Below are positions 38,903-49,100 of a DNA stretch of 64,000 nt, piece by piece. Both the position numbers and the translations under genes were made by a program. Within the stretch, counting starts at the first letter, position 1; each line of letters opens with the position of its first letter. The stretch lies in assembly GCA_052279835.1 (NCBI GenBank), contig CP181291.1, positions 4,032,001 to 4,096,000 on the forward strand. Direction: 5' to 3'. Under the pieces are notes generated by a model, which saw only the letters and a program-made list of their open reading frames with translations, was not told where the DNA came from and searched no databases. The DNA is from Microcoleus sp. (GTDB lineage: Bacteria; Cyanobacteriota; Cyanobacteriia; Cyanobacteriales; Microcoleaceae).

Positions 38903-39627
38903 AATAGAAAAGTCGAAGGTGGAGTATTCCACCGGGTATCAAGCTATAATTGCTTGTTATGGAAGTCAGGACGGTTAGATGGCGATTAGTCCATCGCCGT
39001 TTAGTCAACCAGCAACGCGGGCTGGGTGCAAACTGCTTCTGTTCAAGACTTCAAGCCTTTTTGTAAATCCTTGGCTAAATCTAGCATCAAACTCGCAGGA
39101 GCTTGCTCAAAGATAAATTTATCGATTCAGTCGATCGCCGGCTTACTCAAAAATTTCATGTTTTAAGCCAGTCTGTGAGTATTTCAGGTAAAAGCAGTCC
39201 CAAATGCGTTGAGCGATGGGATAGAGGATGTCATAGTTGAGCCTGTCAGGGTTACACCTGCAAAGTAAACCTAATTGTCCGCATTTGACTATTGGTTTAC
39301 AGACTACTCAAAAATAGATGTTTTTGACCAGGTTTGAGGCTTGGTAGTTGACGGAAATCGCAGTCGAATGGCAAGCTGAATTCAGTTGAGTGCAATCCGC
39401 CGATCGCACAAGTATTCAACAAAAGTCCTTACGCTTTCACTCCTACATAATTTCCCTCAAAACCAGCCCTGAACCACCACTTCCTGGAGTTATCAGTTTT
39501 TTGTGTAGAGTTGTGTGTTAAGAAATTGGTACGGTGTCACTGAATTGATTCGCTGAGTTCCAATTAACAGTTGCAAGGATTGAATTTTGAGTGAAAGAAT
39601 TCGTAATTCACAAATCAAAATTCAAGA

Positions 39628-39694
39628 GACCTCTCCCGTAATTATTGTGGGGTAGGCATCCAGCCTGCCATTGACAGCGTTTTTGGGAGATGTC
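39628..39694. repeat. Small MITE/REP-like element
   Basis: AGACCTCTCCC...GGGAGATGTCT around GTGGGGTAGGCATCCAGCCTGCC. Confidence 0.45.
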
Positions 39695-39963
39695 TAATAT
39701 TTACAACTCGCTAAAAGCGTCCTTATTTCTATCTTCCAGCTCAGTCTGCGAAGCATAACTCATAACTCTGTACGGGTGGATTTAAGCACTTTATCTGTAA
39801 CGGTCAACAGTCAACAGTTAATAGTCAACATTTAACAGTCCTTCCATCCTGCAATAAATCACAGCTAATAACTCTTGAAGTTACTACTAATTAAAATCAA
39901 AGTTAAAGGCACTATTCAGCGTAGGTGTCTGGAACTTGCTGACAATTTTTTCGAGGAAATTGA

Positions 39964-42238
39964 ATGACTAAGCAGATAGTTATAGCAGAGCAGCATCGTA
40001 TTGCTGCCGTCTTTTCAGAAGACCAAATCCAAGAACTCGTGGTAGCCACAGGCAGCCACCAAGTTAGTGATATTTACTTAGGCATTGTTGAAAATGTATT
40101 ACCTGGGATAGATGCCGCCTTCGTGAATATCGGCGACCCAGAACGCAACGGGTTTATGCACGTCACAGACCTCGGCCCGCTGCGACTCAAGCGCTCGGCA
40201 GGAGCAATTACAGAACTTTTGACTCCCCAACAAAAAGTTCTGGTACAGGTAATGAAAGAACCCACGGGCAGTAAAGGCCCCCGACTCACGGGCAACATTA
40301 CTCTGCCTGGTCGCTATTTGGTGCTGATGCCCTACGGACGGGGAGTCAATCTGTCCCGGCGGATCAAGTCCGAAGCCGAGCGCAACCGCCTCCGAGCCCT
40401 GGCTATTTTGGTCAAACCAGCCGGCATGGGACTTTTGGTACGCACCGAGGCTGAAGGGATGACTGAAGAAGCCATCATGGAAGACTTGGAAGTGCTACAA
40501 AAACAGTGGGAAGCCGTTCAAATTGAAGGCGGTACGACGCGGGCACCGGCACTCCTCAACCGCGATGACGATTTTATCCAGCGGGTGCTGCGGGATATGT
40601 TTAGTGGTGATGTGAATCGGATTGTGGTGGACTCGCAAAATGGGATTAAGCGAGTCAAGCAGCAGTTGATGAGCTGGAACGGTGGCAAACTGCCTGCGGG
40701 TGTTTTGATCGACCATCATCGAGAGCGCGCCTCGATTTTAGAATTTTTCCGGGTGAATGCTGCTATTAGAGAAGCCCTCAGACCAAGGGTAGATTTGCCT
40801 TCTGGCGGTTATGTGATTATTGAGCCGACAGAAGCATTAACGGTGATTGATGTCAACTCTGGTTCCTTTACTCGATCGGCTACGGCGCGAGAAACGGTAC
40901 TCTGGACAAATTGCGAAGCTGCCACAGAAATCGCCAGACAACTGCGATTGCGGAATATTGCCGGGGTAATTATTGTTGATTTTATTGACATGGAGTCCCG
41001 CCGCGATCAGTTGCAGGTGCTCGAACACTTCAATAAAGCTCTCCGGGCTGACAAAGCTCGACCACAAATCGCCCAACTTTCAGAATTGGGACTGGTAGAA
41101 ACTGACTCGCAAGCGCCAAGGTCAAAATATTTATGAATTGTTCGGCCACAGTTGTCCTACTTGCAACGGGTTGGGTCATTTGGTGCAACTCCCCGGCGAA
41201 GAGGAAATGGCCCCAGCGGCACGGGAATCGGGCGATCGCACTGTGGCTACATCCAACCGCGTGTTGTTAAATTTACCCGAAGGATTGGAGCGCCGTAGCT
41301 TGGCCCCTGTAGCTGCTGCCAGTCCCACATCGGTGCGGGAAGAACGTTTAGCCGAACCCCAGCGGGCTGCTTGGGAACCTCAGAATGAAAGCTTGGATTT
41401 TGAGGCTGGTAGTAATGTTGCTTCTTTGGATTTACTCAACCATCCCAGTTATCAAGACTTGGGGAACGGTACTCGCCGCCGCCGTCGTCGCCGGATTGGG
41501 GAAGAGGCTTTTGGACTGCCGGTGGAAGAGGAACCAGTACGCAGCAAATTGCGACTTCCCAATACTTCTAGCGCTCCCATTGCAGAGCCGAGAGCGGAAT
41601 ATCTTCCACCCCCAGGCATTCGCCCTGCTTCCGAGGGTTTTGGATTGGTGAATATGACGGGTTCCAGGCGCGAAGATTTCGAGCGGGTGCGTCCCACTAA
41701 GTCGGAGTTGATGAAGCCGATGGTGGAGCCTCCGGAAGTGATTACGGTGGAAATGACGGCTGAGGAGCAGGATGTTTATGCTGTCATGGGCGTTTCTCCT
41801 TTGGTGCTGGCTAATCGCAGTCTGAAAAATCCTAAGAATGCGATCGTTTCGGTGACAATGCCCGGAGAAGCCCCAACTAAGCCGCCCTTTGAGCAGTTGG
41901 AACTTGAATTTACACCGACGGCGCAAGCATCAAATGTGGAGGAACGGGATTATTATGCCGAGATGCCTGTAGTTGAGTCTGTATTTTCTCCTGTATTTTC
42001 TGAGGATGCTGAGACGGAAATTTACGATGAAAGTCCGATGGACGACACTGATGATTTTGAGCCAATGTCGGAAATGTCCTTGATGTCTGAAATATCGGAA
42101 ATGAGCGATGAGGCGGAGGAACCAATGCCATCGGAGGAACCAATGCCATCGGAGGAACCAATGCCATCGGAAGAACCGGAGGAACCCGCTATCAATCGCC
42201 GTCGCCGTCGCCGTTCCTCTGCTGTTTTGGATGAATAA
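39964..42238 (+). CDS. rne: Ribonuclease E; +1 frameshift at ~41099-41101
   Basis: S1 domain LPGIDAAFVNIG, LTVIDVNSG, IIVDFIDM. Removing one A restores GLVELTRKRQGQNIYELFGHSCPTCNG. Cyanobacterial RRRRRRSSA tail. Confidence 0.93.
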
Positions 42239-42961
42239 ATGAAGGAAGAAGGAAGACGGAAAACCGCCGACGGAAAACCGCAGACGGAAAAAGGCAGAGG
42301 GAAGACAGAAGCAGTAGAAATTTTTACTCTCTTCCCCTCTTTCCGTCTCCCCGTCCCTCCCTCTACTGGTATCCCCCTCTCCCCCTCTTCCTCTCCCCAG
42401 CTCGTTGCAGGTGTGGATGAAGTCGGGCGAGGGGCTTTGTTCGGGCCTGTGGTGGCGGCGGCTTGCATTTTGCCGATCGAGCTTTTGGATGAGTTGGTCA
42501 ATTGTGGGGTGCGAGATAGTAAGCAGTTGAGTGCCTCCGCCAGGAGTCGGCTAGCTGTCAAAATCCGGGCTGTGGCTGTTGATTGTCAAATTGGTGTGGC
42601 TTCGGTTACTGAAATTGACCGTTTGAATATTTTGCAGGCTTCTTTGTTGGCGATGAAACGCGCCATTGTGAAGCTGAATGTTACTCCTGATTTGTGTTTA
42701 GTGGACGGAAATCAAAGGATTCCCAATTTGCCGATCGCCCAAGAGACAATGGTGAAGGGTGATTCGCGATCGATTCAGATTGCTGCTGCTAGTATTGTGG
42801 CGAAAGTGTGGCGCGATGAATTAATTTTGCGTTTGGCTGTTAAGTATCCTGAATATGACTTGACAAACAATAAGGGATATGGTACTGCTAAACATAAATT
42901 GGGTTTGGAACGTTACGGGCGATCGGCTTTTCACCGAAAATCTTTTAGCCCGTGTCGATAA
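42239..42961 (+). CDS. rnhB: Ribonuclease HII (start uncertain)
   Basis: AGVDEVGRG, DSKQL, VDGN, IAAASIVAKV, NKGYGT. Confidence 0.95.
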   Translation: MKEEGRRKTADGKPQTEKGRGKTEAVEIFTLFPSFRLPVPPSTGIPLSPSSSPQLVAGVDEVGRGALFGPVVAAACILPIELLDELVNCGVRDSKQLSASARSRLAVKIRAVAVDCQIGVASVTEIDRLNILQASLLAMKRAIVKLNVTPDLCLVDGNQRIPNLPIAQETMVKGDSRSIQIAAASIVAKVWRDELILRLAVKYPEYDLTNNKGYGTAKHKLGLERYGRSAFHRKSFSPCR

Positions 42962-43006
42962 GAGACAAAACTTATAAACTTAAAGTACAAATTTATACTA
43001 CTAAAA

Positions 43007-43099
43007 ATCAGCAAGATTATTAACAAACATCAGGGGGAAATTGAAGTTAAATCTATTCCTGACAAAACTACGTTTCACGTTTTTATACCAATGATGTGA
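43007..43099 (+). pseudogene. 3'-terminal remnant of a histidine kinase HATPase domain
   Basis: ISKIINKHQGEIEVKSIPDKTTFHVFIP* resembles the C-termini of the kinases ending at 51793 and 54323. Confidence 0.65.
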
Positions 43100-43336
43100 G
43101 ATTTGAGGTTTTAAATTAAGGGATAATTTTCATATCACATCCTGCGATCGCCTTTTGGTTAATCTAACGGGTGACAGGAGGGATTTCCAGAGTTTCCGGT
43201 TTTGATGGTTTCACAAGTGGATACTAATCTGAAAATCCCCAGGGTTGTCTATCGCAAGTAGCTGCGATCGATCGCGACTGATGACACCAATCTCTAATCT
43301 CGAATTGATCGACTAATGACAAAGGAGCAAAAATAC

Positions 43337-43735
43337 ATGTCTAAACCAGTGATTTTGTGTGTTGACGACGAGAGAATCATGTTGGACAGTCTGAGGACGC
43401 AGCTAGCCGCCGAATTTGGCGATGCGTACAGCTATGAAGGGGCGGAAGATGCCGAAGAAGCTTTGGAGTTAATTAGCGAGCTCAATGACGATGAAGTCAG
43501 CGTCGTTATGATTATTTCCGATTGGTTAATGCCCGGTATGAAGGGAGATGAGTTGTTGATTCGTATTCATGAAAAATTTCCTCATATTATCAAAATAATG
43601 CTGACAGGTCAAGTTGACCAATCAGCAATCGCTCGCGCTCAACAACAGGCAAATCTTCATAAATGCTTATCTAAACCTTGGTTTGAAGCAGAGTTACGGG
43701 AAACTATTAAATCTGCTTTGTCTCATAAGCTATGA
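43337..43735 (+). CDS. Single-domain response regulator
   Basis: [27 protein letters not shown]; alternative start at 43316. Confidence 0.9.
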   Translation: MSKPVILCVDDERIMLDSLRTQLAAEFGDAYSYEGAEDAEEALELISELNDDEVSVVMIISDWLMPGMKGDELLIRIHEKFPHIIKIMLTGQVDQSAIARAQQQANLHKCLSKPWFEAELRETIKSALSHKL

Positions 43736-45501
43736 ACCAAAAGGTAATAATTTGCGTCGATGATGAGATAACTATACTCAGGGGACTCAAAGCAGAATTG
43801 CGAGAGGCCATCGATAACGATTATATAATCGAAATAGCTGAAGGAGGAGAGGAAGCATTAGAATTAATAGAAGAATTGCGAGAGGAGGGTTCTGAAGTTA
43901 TTCTAATTATTTCCGACCAGATGATGCCGGAAATGAGGGGAGATGAGCTATTAAGGCGCGTACATATCATCTCCCCAAAAACCATAAAAATTATGCTCAC
44001 AGGACAAGCGGATGTTGAAGCCATAAGCAATGCGATTAATCATGCCAATTTATATCGTTATATCGCTAAACCTTGGCAAGCAGAAGATTTAAAATTGACA
44101 GTTAAAGAAGCGATAAATAGCTATTTTAAAGACAAACAACTTACAGAACAAAATGCGCAACTCCAGCGCATGAATCAAGAGTTGGCAACATTAAACAGCC
44201 AGCAAGCGGTACTGATTACTAAACTCCACGAAAACGAAAATCGCTTAACACAGTTTTTGGAAGCAATGCCAGTGGGTGTGGGTGTACTTGATACTGATGG
44301 CAAAGTTTACTATATAAATCGGAAAGCAAAAGAGATATTTGGTAAAGGAGTTGTATCGGATATCCCTGCGGAAAAATTGTCAGAGGTTTATCAACTTTAT
44401 GAAGGGGGTACTCTTGAACATTGCCCTGTCGAAAACTTACCCATCATCCGGGCATTGAGGGGGGAAACTTCCGTGGCTGATGATTTAGAAGTCCGACACG
44501 GGGAGCAGATTATTCCCCTAGAAATTCAGGCTACCCCAATTTACGATCGGGATGGCAAAATTGTCTATGCGATCAATACTCTTCAAGATATCACGGAACG
44601 CAAACAAGCTGAAGCAGAACGGAAAAAATTTATTGAGGAACTCTTTGAAGTCAATTGCAATTTGGAAATTGCACTGGAAGCAGAATTAGAAATCACTCAG
44701 GCGACAAGTCGATTTGTACCCAATCAGTTTTTAGGTTTTTTGGGATGTGAAAGTATTGTTGATATTAAATTGGGAGACGCGGTAGAGTTAGAAATGTCGG
44801 TGTTATTTTCTGACATCCGCGAATTCACTACTCTTTCGGAACAGATGACACCGGAAGATAATTTCAAATTTATAAATTCTTATTTGAGTCATATGGAACC
44901 GCGAATACTTGAAAATCGTGGGTTTATTGATAAATATATTGGCGATGCAATTATGGCACTGTTTAGCGAGGGTGCTGATGATGCTGTTCGTGCGGGAATA
45001 GCCATGCTACACGCCTTGGTTGAATACAATCAAGAGCGCGCTTCTGCTGGCTATATACCCATTAAGATTGGGGTGGGGATTAATACTGGTTCTTTGATGC
45101 TGGGTATCGTTGGCGGGCCTAGCCGGATGGATGGTACTGTGATTAGTGATGCGGTTAATTTGGCTTCTCGGATTGAAAGTTTGACGAAAAAGTATGGGGT
45201 GTCGTTGTTGATTACCGATCCGACTTTCCAGTCTTTGAAAAATCCTGCTGATTATGCAATCCGCAAAATCGATCGAGTTCAGGTAAAAGGAAAGTCGGAA
45301 ATGGTTACTGTTTATGAAGTTTTTGATGCGGACTTGCCGGAAATTAAAGCTGGTAAGTTAGCGACGCTGCAAATATTTAGTGAGGCTTTGTTTTTGTATG
45401 ACATGAAAAATTTTAGTGGGGCGGCTTTACTTTTTACTGAGTGTTTGCAGCACAATCCGGGCGATATAGTGGCTCAGATTTATCTGGAAAGATGTGATTA
45501 G
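43732..45501 (+). CDS. REC-PAS-class III adenylate cyclase
   Basis: FSDIREFT, DKYIGDAIMA, DAVNLASRIES. Confidence 0.92.
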   Translation: MNQKVIICVDDEITILRGLKAELREAIDNDYIIEIAEGGEEALELIEELREEGSEVILIISDQMMPEMRGDELLRRVHIISPKTIKIMLTGQADVEAISNAINHANLYRYIAKPWQAEDLKLTVKEAINSYFKDKQLTEQNAQLQRMNQELATLNSQQAVLITKLHENENRLTQFLEAMPVGVGVLDTDGKVYYINRKAKEIFGKGVVSDIPAEKLSEVYQLYEGGTLEHCPVENLPIIRALRGETSVADDLEVRHGEQIIPLEIQATPIYDRDGKIVYAINTLQDITERKQAEAERKKFIEELFEVNCNLEIALEAELEITQATSRFVPNQFLGFLGCESIVDIKLGDAVELEMSVLFSDIREFTTLSEQMTPEDNFKFINSYLSHMEPRILENRGFIDKYIGDAIMALFSEGADDAVRAGIAMLHALVEYNQERASAGYIPIKIGVGINTGSLMLGIVGGPSRMDGTVISDAVNLASRIESLTKKYGVSLLITDPTFQSLKNPADYAIRKIDRVQVKGKSEMVTVYEVFDADLPEIKAGKLATLQIFSEALFLYDMKNFSGAALLFTECLQHNPGDIVAQIYLERCD

Positions 45502-45809
45502 TTATTGGTTATTTGTTAAGTAAATCCACTTAATTAAACGTAAAATACGGATGACCGAAAAGCTGACTGCATAAGTCTTCTTCCTTCTTCCTGAATTTCC
45601 CCCCTTGGGGGGGGCAGGGGGGGGTGACTTCTTCCTTCTTCCTTCTACTTATTTGTTGTTGGTTGTTGGTTGTTGGTTGTTGGTTACACGATCGCCCCGA
45701 TCGGTGATTTGATCAAAAATTTCCTATGGTTTCCCAGGCTGTTCTGTTGTGATTTGACAAGAAACTAGAAATGTGATATGTTTAAAAACAAATTTTATCT
45801 AAATGGAAT

Positions 45810-45903
45810 ATAGCAATCGCCAATCCGCTTTGTTCCTTGCTCCCTTCGACTCGGCTCAGGGAGCAAGGAACAAATCACATTAACAGCCTTGGCGCTTGCT
45901 ATA
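45810..45903. mobile_element. MITE-like element
   Basis: TATAGCAATCGCCA...TGGCGCTTGCTATA termini around a long hairpin; the same termini occur at 16876-16909. Confidence 0.5.
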
Positions 45904-46120
45904 CTTAAAGGCGATCGACTATTTAGTTACTGTCAATTAAGCTTGGTGTAAAATTTTCAAATCACCATGAATAGCCTAGGTAACTTTCGGGCGATCGTCT
46001 AAAATTGGCACTATCAAGAATTTCAGCTTAAAAATGCACGTAGTGCAGTAAGTATCTGGTCAAATCTAGCGTTTTCCGCCTCCTGTAGCATCTATATAAT
46101 GTTTATTTAACTTCATCACC

Positions 46121-49100
46121 ATGACTAATAATTTGTTAAAAATTCCCGGTTATCACATCATCGAAGAAATCTATAATGGATCTAGAACACAGGTTTATCG
46201 AGGTGTTTCTGAGTCCAACCAAAAAGTGATTATCAAACTGCTCAAAACTGAGTATCCCACTTTTAGCGAACTCGTGCAGTTTCGGAATCAGTACACCATT
46301 ACCAAAAATCTTGACCTTCCTGGAATTGTCAAACCGATTGCACTCTTAAACTACCGCAATGCTTTTGCTCTGGTAATGGAGGATGTTGGTGGTGTTTCCC
46401 TGGCTGAGTATACTGCTAATGCCAAGCAATTGGATAATATCCAATCAAGTAACTCTGACATGGCCTCCCCCCAGACTTCGCCCCTACCGCTAGATGAATT
46501 TTTGCCGATCGCGATTCAGATCGTCCAAACCATAGAAGGACTATATCACAACCGAATTATTCATAAAGACATCAAGCCCCAGAATATTATTATTAACCCT
46601 GAAACTAAAGAAATTAAATTAATTGACTTCAGCATTTCCTCACTGTTACCGAGAGAAAACCAGGAAATTCAAAATCCCAAAGTCTTAGAAGGAACTCTGG
46701 CTTATATGTCCCCGGAACAAACGGGACGAATGAATCGAGGTATCGACTACCGCACCGACTTTTACTCGCTGGGAGTTACTTTTTACCAACTACTAACAGG
46801 GCAATTACCATTTAATTCCACCGAGCCCATGGAACTCGTTCACTGTCATATTGCCAAGATGCCGATTCCGCCAATGGAACTGGTTCAAAATATGTCGGTG
46901 ATGGTGAATAATCTGATTGTCAAATTGATGGCAAAGACTCCAGAATTACGCTATCAAAGTGCTACTGGACTGCGCTATGACTTAGAAAAATGCTGGCAGC
47001 AATGGCAAGAGAATGGGACTATTAGCCAGTTTGGATTGGGAAATCGGGATATTTGCGATCGCTTCGTGATTCCCGAAAAACTCTACGGCAGAGAAATTGA
47101 AGTTAAAGCTCTATTAGATTCCTTCGATCGCGTAAGCGAAGGCAGCAGAGAAATTATGCTAGTTGCTGGCTTTTCTGGCATTGGTAAAACTGCTGTAGTG
47201 AATGAAGTACAAAAACCCATTGTCCGCCAAAGGGGTTATTTCATCAAAGGAAAATTTGACCAATTCAAGCGCGATATTCCCTTTTCTGCATGGGTGCAAG
47301 CATTCCAGAATTTAATGAGGCAATTACTCACTGAAAGTCCTGCCCAGGTGCAGAAATGGAAAGTTAAAGTATTTGAGGCTTTGGGTGAAAACGGTCAGGT
47401 AATTGTTGATGTCATTCCTGAATTAGAACACCTAATTGGCAAGCAGAAAAAAGTGTCAGAACTAGAGGGGACTGCTGCTAAAAATCGCTTCAATCTATTA
47501 TTTCAAAACTTCATCCGATTGTTTGCCACAAAAGAGCATCCTTTAGTAATTTTCTTGGATGATTTGCAGTGGGCAGACTCGGCTTCATTGAAGCTAATAC
47601 AATTATTAATGAGTGAAAAAGATACCAACTATCTGTTGTTAATGGGAGCGTATCGGGACAATGAAGTTTTTCCAGCCCATCCACTGATGCTGACATTGGA
47701 TGAGATTCGCTCATACTCGGCAACAGTTAACCAAATTACGTTAGCACCTTTAGACAAAACTTCCCTGAATCGCCTGATTGCTGATACGATGATTTGTTCA
47801 CCCGAAAAGGCAATGCCTCTAACAGAACTGGTTTTCGGCAAAACTCAAGGCAATCCTTTTTTTGCTACTCAATTTCTTAAATCTTTGCAGGTTGATGGAT
47901 TAATATCATTTGATTATACCCCCCCAACCCCCCCTTACCAAGGGGGGGCAAGCTTGCAAACCCCCCCTTTCCAAGGGGGGGAAAGGGGGGGTTGGCAATG
48001 TGATATTGGTCAAGTTAGGACGCTAGCTTTGACCGATGATGTGGTCGAGTTTATGGCAATTCAGTTGCAAAAACTGCCTATAAATACCCAGGAGGTCCTG
48101 AAACTTGCAGCTTGTATTGGCAATCAATTTGACTTAGCAACTCTGGCAATTGTTCATCAAAAATCTCAGATTGAAACATCTGCTGATTTGTGGAAAGCGT
48201 TGCAAGAAGGGTTGGTTATTCCGATTAGTGAAGTTTACAAGTTTTTTGGTGACTCGGAATCAGTTGAAGTTGGACAAGCGTCGGAGTTATCGGTTCCCTA
48301 CAAGTTTTTACATGACCGAGTGCAGCAAGCAGCATATTTTCTGATTCCCGAATCCCAGAAACAGTCCACCCATCTCGAAATTGGTCAACTATTGTTGCAC
48401 AAGGGCGGGCACGGTGGCACCGCCCCTACGGAAGCAGAAAGAGAAGAAAAAATTTTTGATATTGTCAACCAGTTGAATATCGGGCTGGAGTTAATTGAAG
48501 ATCAGCCTGAGCGAGACCGACTAGCTCAATTAAATTTAATTGCCGGACGTAAAGCCTTAACTTCAACTGCTTATGCTGCGGCAAATATCTATCTCCAAAT
48601 AGGGATTAAACTCTTGAGGGCTAACTGCTGGCAGAATCAGTATGAATTGACCCTGAATCTCTATGTTGCTGCTGCTGAAGCTGCCTATTTGAATGCTGAC
48701 TTTGATGGTATGGAGTTCCTAGCAGCAGAGGTTTTGCAACACGCCCAAACAATTTTAGATCGAGTTAAAATTTACGAAATTAAAATTGCCGCTCAGACAG
48801 CCCAGATCAAGGTGTTAGAAACGATCGCAGTCGCCAGAGACGCACTCTTACAATTGGGAATTGAACTCCCTACCACACCTGATGAAGCCTCGATCGCCAA
48901 AGCGCTACAAGCCCTTGCAGGCTACCTCGGCGACAGAAAGATTGAGGAACTAATTGACCTACCTGTGATGAGAAATCCACAGACTCACGCAGCTATGCAA
49001 CTGTCTGGTATGTTGTTTCCACCCGTTTTCCAAGGAATGCCCGGTTTGCTGCCCCTACTTAGCTCGACGATGGTGAGTTTATCGCTCCAATTTGGGAATG

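Noticed and set aside
41138..42238. Separate 366-aa gene
   Set aside because: It is the C-terminal half of rne beyond the frameshift.
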